Positions 23,560 to 35,730 of a stretch of 64,000 bases of DNA are shown one piece after another. The stretch lies in contig OZ024747.1 in NCBI GenBank assembly GCA_964016885.1, forward strand, positions 34,162,001 through 34,226,000, given 5' to 3'. Positions within the stretch are counted from its first letter, which is position 1. Every line of letters starts with the position of its first letter. Made by a program: the position numbers and the translations under genes. The notes under the pieces were generated by a model. The model made no database searches. It was not told where the DNA came from and saw nothing but the letters and a program-made list of their open reading frames with translations. The stretch is from Eledone cirrhosa (Eukaryota).

Positions 23560-23765
23560 GCATCGCCATTCCATCTCCGATTCCAGGCCAACTGAGTGTT
23601 GTATAGATCTCAAATTCATCACAAATCGGGGCCAGGGGCATGTATCGAAAATCTTAGTCGCACTGATGGCTTTGAAATCTGGAATTGGTGATCAAACGAC
23701 CTTGCTTCTTGGATGGTCCCCAGTTCACGTGCTTTTGAACAAACTAATCTTAAAGTTTCCATGTT
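23560..23765 (-). pseudogene. Possible decayed start of an L1/Tx1-type AP endonuclease
   Basis: METLRLVCSKARELG...; DEFEIYTTLSWPGIGDGMAM resembles the N.RGL ... GVA motifs. Weak. Confidence 0.35.
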
Positions 23766-24654
23766 GGCTGGAAGGAGTGATGCAAAAGAGATGTGATGGG
23801 TGGTGCTTACCATACATGTACTGTTACAGAACAGGTAGTTCGAACTCTACATCTAGATCGGATGTTTTGAAACCTTCAAAATATTTCAAGAGGCTTTTAC
23901 ATTAGGGGTTTTTACGTCCTTTTCGATTTTATTTGGTTTAAAGTTGAGGAGCACTTCCTCGGTAATCCCAGACAAGATTTTCCGTCGAGTATTTCTGACT
24001 TCGAGGAGGGTATCACTATCATCTATGACCAGGCAGGCTAGGATCCACCGGATATCCAATTGTTAACATCATGTCTATATTGAATGTTTCTGTAGTTTCT
24101 GCAACCTTTACTGCAAATGTCTTGGCGCTATTATTAATGCCATTTATTTTATTGATTTAGTCCATATTACTCTAATTTTTATTTGTTTTTGTTATAGTTT
24201 TGCATTTGTAGTGCTGCCGACAATGCTCGTTCTAGCGTTGTTGTTGCATTTGTTTGTACTGAGCTTTTCTATCCTGGCGTTGGTGGCGCTGGAGGCGTTG
24301 ATGTTAGTTTACAGTTTTTAATGCTAAGATCTGTATATCATAATTTCCGCAAGTTTCCCGTGCTGTATATTTGTTGTTATTTCTGTTGCTGCAGCTGAAG
24401 TTTTATGAACTTCGGTTATTCCATGTTGTGGACAGCATGCTGTTTTCTTCTGCGGACGAAACTTTAACATCAACGATGTTTTTCCTCCAAATTCTTAAAG
24501 GTGTGATTGTAAAACCCTGGCTAGTTTAACTGTACCACAATAATAAATGTAATGTTTAACGAAATACAGGAGCGATCTGTAACACATTGGGTCGAAGAAC
24601 GAAACTAATAATGGTTTCTGATTAATGGTTTCACTAGGTCAACAATTATGGGGG

Positions 24655-24830
24655 GGGGGTCGATTAAATCGATTCCAGTGCATCACTGGTACTTTATTTT
24701 ATCGACCTCGTAAGGTTGAAAGGCACAGCTAACCTCGGTGGGATTTGAACTCAGACTGTCTAGGGCCATAACTCTATGCTGCAAAGCATGGTGTCCGACG
24801 CTCTACTGATACTGACAATCCACCGCCCTT
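24655..24830 (-). mobile_element. Meta-domain SINE
   Basis: Reverse complement of the family consensus (GGCGGTGGATTGTCAGTATCAGTAGAG...GAGTTCAAATCCCACCGAGGTT). Confidence 0.8.
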
Positions 24831-26009
24831 AATCTTAGATAAAATAATTATCTGAGAATGCGGCTTAGATGTCAATAATAACAGGAAAAAGCGACTTATT
24901 TTCTAATATTTTAATAATTTTTAATGAATTTATTGTAATTTTATAGATTACATTGTTTTTATATGGTTTTATTCTTATTATATGTAATTATTTTTAGTTT
25001 TCGGTTCTTGTTTTGATTTACTTTTAACATATGTTATTAAGTGCGAGAAATGGGTTCCACCCTGCTTACCCCCATGTCGGACAGAATATATGTTCCTATA
25101 ATTTTCGTGTCTTTTAATATTTTTCCATGAAAAATTTCCATTACTCACGATTGTGTTAGGACATAAAGTTCTTTGTTTTCATTTTTTTTCTCATATCTTT
25201 CTTTGTAGCGAATGTAATACAGTTATTTAAATCATGAGCATAATTGAGATCAAAAAGTTTTTTAATATTTGGCCACCAATGTTTAATTTTGTGAAGGTAC
25301 GGGTCCGTTCTAGTGGTTAGTGTTGTTGGACACGGCATAATGAGGCTGTAGTTTCGCTTCCCAAAACGAGTGGCACAGTGTGTGCTTGTGTAATTATATT
25401 TTATTTCTCGTTGCTCCTTCTGCCAAAAGTTTTCAACGGCGTTTATTGTCAGCACTGGAAATATTAATAATCCCTTTGCTTCCTTGCTGGCTGTTGTTTT
25501 AGTTCTATATAATTCAGGCAACTTTATCTGCCTGGAGGGCGAGAGATTGGCGGAATTTATATGCCGTCGGATTAAATGACTTGATATATGTTCCGATTCA
25601 CTGTGCTCTGAATTCACATCCCACTGAGGTCAACTTTGAATTTTTCTCTGCCGAGGTTAAAAAATAAAGTATCAGTTCACTAACTAAAGTATCAGTCCAT
25701 TTTCTCTATCTTTCTTTATCATTCTTCCTTAATCTCTCCTGTATCTCTGAAAGTAATCGGTTCTGTTCCGGCCTGGTGACGGTTGTGCTCCTCCAGCTTT
25801 AAAATGATTAAGAGTGTTTTTGGACGGCACACTTACGACTCCATCCGGACGTATGTGCTCTTTTCTCTTTTTTTTTTTTTGCTTGGGCAAAAATAAAGCA
25901 AATAAATTCACGTCCGTTAAAAGTTGCACAGAGAGGAGCCTCTCTCTCAAAGCTGACTATGATATGATTACTTTTCACCTTATTTATGCATTTGTATTAC
26001 ACTACACGA

Positions 26010-26365
26010 AGCGGTGAATTGGCAAAATCTTTAAAATGTCGGATAGAATGTATTGCAGTATTTGTTTTGGTTCTATGCTCTCTAAGTTCAAATCACGCCG
26101 AGGTCAACTCTGCCTTTCATCCATTCAAGGTCGATAAAAAATGTACCAATTAAGTACTGGGGTGGATTCGTCCTCTATATGACTTCCTTACTTCTATTAC
26201 AAGAAATATAAAAGAAGAATCTATCCCAGTACTAGACTAGTACTTTGTTTCATCGATATTGAAAGTCAAAGTTGACCTCGGTGAACTCAGAGAGCAGAGA
26301 GATGAGACGAATACCGTAAAGAATTCTATTTGATATTCTAACGACTCTGCCAATTCTCCGCCTTA
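26010..26365. mobile_element. Two older Meta-domain SINEs in tail-to-tail orientation (26010-26165 plus; 26225-26365 minus)
   Basis: GCGGTGAATTGGCA...AAGTTCAAATC...CCTTTCATCCATTCAAGGTCGATAAAA, plus a reverse-complement copy. Confidence 0.7.
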
Positions 26366-27254
26366 ATCCAAGATATATAATCCTGTTACACATTTAACCA
26401 GACGCAATAAAAATTGAACAGAGAATAATTTGTTTATAACTCTAGGGTTTATACGTGTTTCTGTTTTCCAAATATTTCATTTTTGTCCTTTTTCTCACGT
26501 GTTACATATTTCTTCTCTCCATCTGATATTTCTCATATTACTTTTCTGTCACTTCTATTTTCATTTACCACCTTCTTTTCCTTTTCATATTTCTCTATTA
26601 TATACATTTTCATTGCTTTCTTCCATTATGTCTTTTATTACTTTTATTTCGAAAAGTTTTGTTGTGTTTTTGCATTTTGCATATTGTGTTTATGAGTTTT
26701 CTTTCGCCCTCCTTTCTACGTTTTCATTAATTTCGTCTTTTATACTTTTCTTTGCATTTTTTCTGAAATACAGATCAGCATTTGAAAATGTTAAAATGCA
26801 AGGCAACAAATAAAAGAAACAATCTAAAATGAAAACTGTATCATAATTCAGAATTTAAATTAATACTAAATTAAGCTTTTATAAAGAATCAACAAATTAT
26901 TGATGTGACAAAGAAATTAACGATCTTGTTTCCCAAAGTATTTACAATTACTGTTCGTTCTTTATATTGATGTGCCTTTAAATATTTATAGTAGCGTTGA
27001 CTCCTATTGTTGTTAAATCCATCATCATCATCAGCAGCATTGCAATTTATATTATCAATATTTATTACAAATTCGCAGAATTGTTTCAATGGTGAAAAGA
27101 AATGCCATGTCGACCATAATCACGGTTCTTTTACTCTGTGTTCATATCACTCCGAGGTCAACATTTCCTTTTCACTCTTCAGCATTGTAGTGTTAAAGTA
27201 TGTCTCGGGCCCAGAGACTCATTAAGTTCATCTCAAGCTTAAAACCTATTGTTG

Positions 27255-27402
27255 GCACTCATTTCAGCTGAGTATACAGAACCAACGTAGAATAAGATAT
27301 TTTACTCAAGAACACATCACACAACGCACAATCCAATCCAGGAATCGAACCAATGATGTTATGATCATGTGTCCAACACACTTACCACCGTGCCATGCGG
27401 CT
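27255..27402 (-). mobile_element. Decayed CORE-type SINE
   Basis: Reverse complement has B box GGTTCGATTCC followed by TGTTCTTGAGTAAAA...CAGCTGAAATGAG. Confidence 0.6.
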
Positions 27403-28004
27403 CTACATTCAGTAACACCATTGAGGACAAGGACTTACGCCAACGTTTATTACAAAAACCTATTTTATTTTATTTTACCATTATCAGCATGGGAGGATGA
27501 GACTGTCATACTTTGTGGGTCATTTATTCCTGGCGAGATCGTGGGTCGTATTAGAAACCCAGCGCAATTTTAAAGTAAATTGAGTTAAGCAGCAACATAA
27601 TAATGTTTTTAATGCGTGTATGCGCGCGCACAAAATACACTCATATGCACACACGTACACATATTCACTAAACGTGCACGTGATCTATAGAAAAAGGTGG
27701 ATTATACTCAATTGGCGCTCAATAGCTGATGTAGAGATATTAACATAGAAAGAAATTAACAAACTATAGACATCTAACATTTTATTGATGAATAATAATT
27801 AAATGAATAAACGAATAGTAAGGCGATTATTCTGCTGTGTTCACGATACTTAAATAAACGAAGTGTCGATATTTATTGTATGTCTGCCTCACCTCTAATC
27901 TGGCATGCAAAGAATATTACACACACATATACACATATACATATGCGTGTGCGTTTGCACTTGTATGTATTTACATATCACTAAACATATATATATATAT
28001 ATAC

Positions 28005-28250
28005 AGTGGCGGACTGGGTAAAAAAATATTGGTTGCCAGATGAACGGCGCCCACCTACATATAGAATGGTATCATTTAATTTTAGTTATAATGAATAAAT
28101 AACATTTTAATAAAATCCATAAGTGGAACGAAAACAGAGCAATCACATTTTTGCGGAAAAATATCTTACCTTCTCCAATAAAAATTATTAGGTATTTTAC
28201 GACATCCAGAGACTTTCAATAATGACGTTTGGTCTTTCACACTCACTCAC
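28005..28250 (+). mobile_element. Possible hAT-like non-autonomous transposon end
   Basis: Begins CAGTGGCGGACTGGG right after (TA)n; no partner TIR found. Confidence 0.35.
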
Positions 28251-28255
28251 TCACT

Positions 28256-28321
<66 letters not shown>

Positions 28322-28610
28322 TAGCCGAATTACCCGCGCCTTGCTTCGTTTCACACATATTTTTTGTAAGAAAATGATGATTGGTTTTAAATTTATGGAG
28401 AAATCTCTGCATTTCAATATTACTCAATGTAAAATGTAATGCATGAAAAATTAGAAAACATTCTTTTTTGTAATATATCAATTCAAATTTACATTATTAA
28501 ATCTTATTCTTATTTTGTTTCTTGTAAATAATTTAGTAAGTGGGCAAACGTCCTAAGCTATGTCAATGTTATTGGACAAGCTTCGTCTCTTAATTTATAT
28601 ATATATATAT

Positions 28611-31232
28611 ACTAGCAGTGGTACCCGGCGTTGCACGGGATCAGGTATTTTGGAAGGCGGACCACCAACAGACCTAATCGTGAAAAAACTGCATGCCTGG
28701 ACAATATGTAATGAAAATAAACCGAATAATTTGAAGGTTGGATAATCTTTAAGATTTTCCTCCATGAAGCAGGAAAAATGCAGGTTTTCACCTAATGGAT
28801 CAAGGGGATCAAGCTTTAGGGATTCAAACTCACACACACACAGACAGACATCCTCAGTTTTATATATACATATATACTTGCAGAAGTACAAGGCGTTGCC
28901 CGGGTGTAAGTCGACCTTTGCTCTTGTGAAAATGTGTGAAAGTTACTTCCCGCGCACCACAGGTGCAAAAACCTTCGAAGGAAAAAAACAGAGCTTAGTA
29001 GACGCAGGTGTGTAATTGAGCATAAATAATGGATCAATTGTAGGTTCACAGTGTATCGTTGAAATTGTTCTTTACACGACTGACAAAGTCAAATTCACTT
29101 GAAATTGAATTTTCAGTTGAAAGCAGGGTGAAAAAGTCGAGTTTTTCACATTTTTGTTTTTTTACAATTTTCGCGCTCACATGTGCAGAAGAAGAAATAA
29201 ATGGAACTTTATCTGAACCGCGGCATAATGGCGAGTCTTTTGCGATAGTTTTCAAGAAAATCGGATGTTCCTGTAAAAAGTTTTCCCATGTACAACTTTG
29301 CCTTGTTTTTTGCGCAAAGTCGAACACCCGCATCAGTTTTATTGATTTTTTACATGAATGCGTGACCTTTGAAGTAGATTTGAGTAGCTAAAAACCTGTC
29401 CCGGTAAATTTGCGATAGGTGAAAAAAAGTTGATCAAAATTGTGTCTAGGGTTATTGCCCTTTGCAACAGCCGCAAGTATGGTTTGTTAATTTGTTGTGG
29501 AACTAAATCGACTTTGGTCAAATCGGACCGAGGAAACAATGTTTCCATTTGTCTTTCTAGCTGGTGTACCCGGTTACACTGGATTTAAACGGGTCTGCGC
29601 TAAATTCCAGCAGGATGCTTTAACCGAAATAAATGAAGAACAAACGTTTATTTTTGTGCTCCAATCTGTGATATTGGTATTTTGAAAAAATAGTCCACAA
29701 ACATCCATGGAGCATGTGAAATGCATGTATCAGGTTATGAGAAAAAGGGTTTTCGATTCTCCATTCATAAGATACCAAAAAATTGCACGCAAATAAACCG
29801 GGATTTCAAGGCACTGGCCATTTCATAGCTGAAAGGTAAGAATCAAGTGGAATAATGTTTTGCGACATTGTCAAATGTACAACCGTACAAAAGCAAAGGA
29901 TATAGCCATTGAAATCTAGGTAGACCAAAGAATATCAGAGGATTATTTTCATTGTGATTGGCGTCTAGCCTACAAAGTGAAGTTAAATGATTGTGGTCGA
30001 TGTTGTATCAATAAAAAATAAAAGCATACGGAAGACTGAACACTTACGAATTAAGTGAAAATCACGTTGATATTCCTATCGGAGCAACATGTGCCGAAAA
30101 ACCTGACGGACTGTTGTGTCGATATTGAAATCGTAGAAATTGCGAATCCCGAACTCTAAAATGTAATGGATAGGCCTTGGAGGTGAAGAGGAAGAATTGG
30201 TACAATTGTTTTGCTGAACATGTTGACCATTAATTTAAATAGACTTACGCAACATCACTTATGGACTACAATGAGGGCCGGTTAAATGCGGCAGAAAAAT
30301 AAGCCATGCTGATGATGTTTAGGGGCGTCGCAGCGAATCGATGTGGCGTTGTGAGTCAATTGTGAGGGCAGTGGAAGTCACGCTGATCGCTTTAAAAGAC
30401 GCGATGTTACACAGGTTGCTTCTCGGTCATAATTGACAGAAAGGCATGTGAGGAGAAATGAAAGAGTTGCTATTCATCCTTTGCTTAGCATGATGAACAT
30501 GTAATTAACAAGATTTACCATGGACTATCGTGCACGTTGGTATTGTGTTTAGCCTGCAAAAATCGGTGGTCAAATGGGGCAACAATAAGCCATGCTGATG
30601 ACGTTTAAGAGGGTGGAAAGGAATTGATGCGGCATAGATACCCATGGGAGTCTTGAAGGAGCACGGCGGTCAGGAAAAAGAAAGGGCCGAGGATGGGATG
30701 GTGGCTGATAGTGCATGGCCGGAGTCGCGACAAATGGAAGCAAGAGGAATAGCGATTTTCGGTTGCCGGATTTTTGCCTCTGGGGGTCCTATTATCGAGT
30801 TTTTGAAAATCTCAAGTAATCCACGTTGGTCTCTGCATCAAAATACATACCTACGTCAAATTTCATTGGAATCTGACAAATTTCGTAAATATCGATTTTT
30901 GCATCTGGTGATCCAACTATCGATTTTTCGAAAATCTAATGTAGCCCACGTTCATTCCCAGATCGAAATACACACTTGCGTCGAGTTTCATCGAAATCGA
31001 ACGATTTTTTAAGATATCGATTTTTGAAAATATCGATTTTTGAAAATATCAATATTTTGGCTTCTGGGGGCACGATTGTCGAATTTTCGAAAATTTCAAG
31101 TAGCCTATTCCAATCAAGAGGTCGAGTTTTATATACGTGTCAAGTTTCATAAAAATCGGATGAACGGTGTAGCCTGCAATTTCGGGACAGCAAACATACG
31201 AACAACGCCCAACTTCACTTGATATATAAGAT
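28611..31232 (+). mobile_element. Tandem Helentron/HINE (DINE-1-like) non-autonomous elements (28611-28875 and 28876-31232); a further 5' end at 28320
   Basis: 5' ends ACTAGCAGTGGTACCCGGCGTTGCACGGG and ACTTGCAGAAGTACAAGGCGTTGCCCGGG; repeated AAGTTTCAT..AATCGG subterminal motifs; 3' ends CACACAGACAGACA..TTTTATATATA and ACTTGATATATAAGAT. Confidence 0.65.
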
Positions 31233-31357
31233 ACATATTGGGGGGGGGGGGGGATCCGAGTGTGTATATGTATATATAGATTTATATATATATGTATACA
31301 CATATGTATACATAACATGTTTTTAACTTATAAAAAAATCCCTAAGGGTCTAATTGA

Positions 31358-31394
<37 letters not shown>

Positions 31395-31430
31395 CTTAAC
31401 AATGTAATGAGAATAAAAAGAAAGCAAGAA

Positions 31431-31522
31431 CAGTTGTCTACTGGGGGTCTCGGATATATCAAAGCTTTAAAGACAATATGTCTACCCCAAGAGCGTTCAA
31501 TAACTTGATAAGTTATTGGGAA
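31431..31522 (-). ncRNA. Divergent, core-broken relic of the kink-turn/pseudoknot hammerhead architecture
   Basis: Reverse complement TCCC AATAAC-TTATCAA-GTTATT GA ACGCT CTTGGGG TAGA CATA TT GTCT TTAA AGCTT T GATA TATC CGA GA CCCCCAG T AGAC AA CTG; same order of helices, different stem sequences. Confidence 0.45.
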
Positions 31523-31951
31523 AACGGAGGAGGGGGATGGAGGGGAAAAGGGAAAAAAGGGAAGAAAAGAGAAGAACAGCGAAAAAAAGAACAAACCGAA
31601 GAATGTGTGAGCAACTTAAGGTAACAAAGTCCACATCGGTAACTGAACGTAACATTGAGTGCGTGTGGGTGAACGAAAAGAGACGTCTGACTCCAGCGAG
31701 TGTAAGTGAGTAAAGGACTGCCAGAGGGTGTATATATATATACTTCCACTCACTCACTCACCGTTTCTCCCCTTCTCACTTCCCCCCGTTCGCTACGAAA
31801 ACGATTTCCTTCTTTCTTACATCAGATTCATCGCTCATATATTCACCCAGCTTATACTGATAGAATAACTATGTAGCTTGTGTTTCTTCCTATCTTCGGT
31901 CAGCTTTCCCCTGTTTGTTTACTTGTCTCACTCGCTTTACGAGTTTTAATT

Positions 31952-32052
31952 GTCCTAATAACTTATTTTAGTTATTATTGCACCAACGTGAGGTATATGA
32001 TTTTTAATGCAATGAAATACCAATGACCGTTGGCTAATCACTGATGAGGGAC
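31952..32052 (+). ncRNA. Candidate non-canonically ordered hammerhead ribozyme, copy 3 (diverged subfamily)
   Basis: GTCC..TTGCA CCAAC GTGA GGTA TA TGATTTT TAA TGCAA T GAAA TACC AAT GACC GTTGG CT AATCA CTGATGA G GGAC; compensatory changes relative to copies 1 and 2. Confidence 0.72.
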
Positions 32053-32111
32053 TCATTTTATAACATGTTATCCATGTGCAACCATGCAGTATTCTTCTCC
32101 CCATATTTTTC

Positions 32112-32148
<37 letters not shown>

Positions 32149-32234
32149 TGAGATTCTACAGGACTAGAACTTTTCATTCTTTAGAAATCATCAGGAATCT
32201 GGCTATCCCAAAATAAAATTATTTTTGAATAGCT

Positions 32235-32285
32235 AGATTCCTGATGATTTCTAAAAAATGAAACAGTTCTAGCCCTGTAGAATCT
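32235..32285 (+). ncRNA. Type I hammerhead in a PLE pLTR fragment; inverted twin at 32151-32200
   Basis: AGATTC CTGATGA TTTCTAAAAAAT GAAA CAG-TTCTAGCC-CTG TA GAATCT. Confidence 0.8.
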
Positions 32286-32367
32286 CATCTATATTAAAAC
32301 TGTTATACTCTGCTATGTATTGAGTACCTTACTTACTGTGGTTACCTCCGATTCAACACGGAATAAC

Positions 32368-32437
<70 letters not shown>

Positions 32438-32569
32438 ATAATAATAAATTTGAAGACTATGATCCAAAGAGGGCTCGATAAGGATAAATATATATAAAAT
32501 ATATAAGAACCGTAGAGCAAATATTTATTAAAATAACAGATTAAAGTTTAAGCAAAGAATCGCTCCTTA

Positions 32570-34435
32570 TATATAATATAAGATCAAAAGATGGTTAAAA
32601 GAGTTCCAAGTATTTTATTATGCGCATCTCAAAAACAAATATCATCATGGGATGATATGTGCGTTCTCATCAGATAAAATAGGGAAACATAATATGAAGC
32701 TTAAAAAACACTTGTGAGCAGTGAAGTTTTAAATCAACATGTGAAAAATAAGGTAAGATGGATATATGAGATTGGGAAAAAAAGGAGGGGTGTGTACGAA
32801 ATGGTAAGGAAGAGGAAGAAAGAAAATAAAGGATGAAGTGGGAGGAGTATAGGAAGGAAAGGTGAAAGAGGAGGAGAAATGAGTGATAGAGAGAGGGAAA
32901 TAGCCTTTACAACTGAGAAAACATTGTTTCACAGAGAGAAATTAAAAAACCTTTGGAAGATAATAGATAATTTGAAATTAAAAGTTAATGAGGTTTATGG
33001 ATGTTGATGTTTATGATTAAAGAAAAAGGAATTAAGAATAGTATTAAAGGTTTATATATTGAAGGGTTTAATAATATGTGCGAAAAAAAGAATTTATTAA
33101 TATGTATTATTAAAATAAAATATTAATGATATTAAGTATATAATGTGAAAGAAGGAGAAGAATAAATTAATTATGAACATAGAGGAATTAGTTAGATTTT
33201 AAGTTTGTTTTTATGTATTGTAATATGTAAAAGTAAATAATAGGTTTAGAACGAGCACGGAAGGAGAGAAGAAAAAAGAAAATTTAAGGAAGAAAAAATA
33301 TCTAACGTCAAAAGGTATATATGTTTACAAAAATGTCCTAATGGTAATATTATTATGTATTAAAAAATATAGTTTGTATGGCCAATGATATGAGGAAAAA
33401 TGAAAAAATGGAAAAATGGAAAATGCTGTAGAGAGTAATAATATGAATTGAGAAGTAATTGGGAAGTAAAAGTTACAGATTAAAGATTAGAAAGTAAAAA
33501 AGAAAAAAAAGGAGAGAAAGGAAAAGGATAAAAGAAGAAAGATAGGGGGACCTCTAACGATATAGAATGAGTAAATTGTATACTGAAATAAGGTAGAAAG
33601 ATGGGTATATTTGTAATAGATATAAAGGCCTTTGAGAAAAAGAAGATTTTAAACTAATTATGTATTGATATATTAGCTGTATACTTTATGGAAAGTTCTA
33701 TGGGATTTATGCAAGCAGAGCGAGAATAAATCCCTACGTCTATTTATTATAGAATTAAAATTAGATATAATGGTAAATTTCTCGGCTAGGCAGAGATTAT
33801 ATGTTCTGGATAGGGAAGAATTCTAGTAAGGTAGGGGTTGCAAACCTTCCGCCAAAAGATCTTATAGTTAATATGTTTGTCTTTTAAGGAGTTCCGAGAA
33901 TGCCAATTCCTTCTTCTTTAATCATAAACATCAACATCCATAAACCTCATTAAATTTTAATTTCAAAATCTTTTAAAATTATCTATTATCTTCCAACGGT
34001 TTTTTAATTTCTCTGTGAAACAATGTTTTCTCAGTTGTAAAGGCTATTTCTCTCTCTCTATCACTCATTTCTCCACCTCTTTCATCCTTCCTTCCTATAC
34101 TCCTCCCACTTCATCCTTTATTTTCTTTCTTCCTCTTCCTTACCATTTCCTACTTTATTGTTCATATGTTGATTTAAAACTTCACGGCTCACAAGTGTTT
34201 TTTAAGCTTCATATCATGTTTCCCTATTTTATCTGATGAGAACGCAAATATCATCCCATGATGATATTTGTTTTTGAAATGTTTTTGAAATGCGCATAAT
34301 AAAATACTTGGAACTCTTTTAACCATCTTTTGAACTTATATTATTTATACTCCAGTCCTATAAACAGCGGAGTGCTACTTATCCGATATTTGCATTGCTT
34401 TATTGTTTCTACAAAAAAACTCACCTCCTACATTA
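32570..34435. mobile_element. PLE 3' region bounded by inverted pLTRs of about 450 bp (32570-33035 / 33905-34345)
   Basis: The same peptide (MKQCFLSCKGYF..) appears on opposite strands; each arm has the TGCGCA-type hammerhead. Confidence 0.8.
34225..34306 (+). ncRNA. Type I hammerhead (TGCGCA stem III family)
   Basis: TATTTTAT CTGATGA ... GAAA TGCGCA TA ATAAAATA, with an 11-bp local duplication before GAAA. Confidence 0.78.
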
Positions 34436-34504
34436 TATATATATATATCAAGTAAGAATATTTTCGAAACAGCGAGTTGATTTGAAATTATTAGAAATGT
34501 TAGC

Positions 34505-34703
34505 TATCGCCGTATTTTGACTAAAGCAATTAAAGAAATTATTTAGCCTGATAGTGGGGTTATGAACCCTCGGAGAAATGGAAAAAGATGAGTATTGAGG
34601 TATATGTACGTCAATAGTCATCTTTTTCCACTTCTCCGAGGGTTCTTAACCCCACTATCAGGCTAAATAATTTCTTTAATTGGTTTAGTCAAAATACGGC
34701 GAT
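34505..34703. repeat. Near-perfect palindrome, arms about 95 bp
   Basis: TATCGCCGTATTTTGACTAAA... pairs with ...TTTAGTCAAAATACGGCGATA; centre near 34604. Confidence 0.9.
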
Positions 34704-34719
34704 ATTTTCTCCGATATTG

Positions 34720-34766
<47 letters not shown>

Positions 34767-35114
34767 AATTAGTATATCTAGTAACATATATATACACACA
34801 CATATCTGTGTGTATATATATGTTACTAGATATACTAATTCTTTATAATTATCTCCAAATTATTTGTCGAGCAAAATTGGCCAAGACTGCTGCTATGGTA
34901 ACAGTCAGGCTGCTCTCTTCTTAACAAACCACTTTCCACTGATTGACCTCGATGTCACGTGATTGATTCTTTTGAATTTGCCAGCGACGCAGTAGGCAGT
35001 GATTTTCTCAATGGATAGGAATTTAGTCCACGCTTTGCTTTTTTCCATCCACTGAATTATTTTTGTATAAGTTCCCAGTGTCCACGTATTGCCTGGAAAC
35101 TTAGCTGAGAATAT

Positions 35115-35196
35115 ACTTCCCTGATGACGAAAGGCTTCTCCGTACACTTCTTCGGAAAGTATGTTTATTCCCTTTCAGAACTAATTAGTTGGGAGT
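35115..35196 (+). ncRNA. Type I hammerhead, relative of 21342-21420 (one A of GAAA lost)
   Basis: ACTTCC CTGATGA C GAAAGG...CCTTTC A GAA CTAATTAG TT GGGAGT. Confidence 0.7.
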
Positions 35197-35243
35197 GAAA
35201 TTTTAGTAAGTAAGTTAATTTTATAATTTTCTTATTTTACGTC

Positions 35244-35307
<64 letters not shown>

Positions 35308-35565
35308 CACCTTCACCACTAATTGATTTGACAGATGTCTTTAATTTATTGGTACCAAACATTATTTGGTCAGTAGATCGTGTGTATGTGTGAGTATATA
35401 TATATATTTTTTTTTTTTTCTTGTGTGTGTCTATATATGTATGTTTACATGCATGAATGAATATACTAAGCTTTAGATTTAGTAGAATGTACAACCACTG
35501 ATTCCAGCTATTAGCACTATCATATATTTTGGTTTCTATTATTATTTTTTTTTTAATTTGCAGCT

Positions 35566-35730
35566 TTGGTCGGACGCCATGCTTTGCAGCATAGAGTTAC
35601 GTCCCTTTATGATCTGAGTTCAAATCCCACCAAGGTTAACTTTGCCTTTCATCCTTACGGGATCTATAAAATAAAGTACCTGTCACGCACTGGGGTCGAT
35701 TTAATCGACTCACCTCTCCCTACAAAAATT
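35566..35730 (+). mobile_element. 5'-truncated Meta-domain SINE
   Basis: GAGTTCAAATCCCACCAAGGTTAACTTTGCCTTTCATCCTTACGGG. Confidence 0.78.

Noticed and set aside
25156-25617. 153-aa ORF as a host exon
   Set aside because: Starts inside a SINE remnant; no recognisable domain or splice context.
32473-32518. GCTC...GAACCGTA-GAGC as another hammerhead
   Set aside because: Stem I pairs, but both core strands are defective in both copies.
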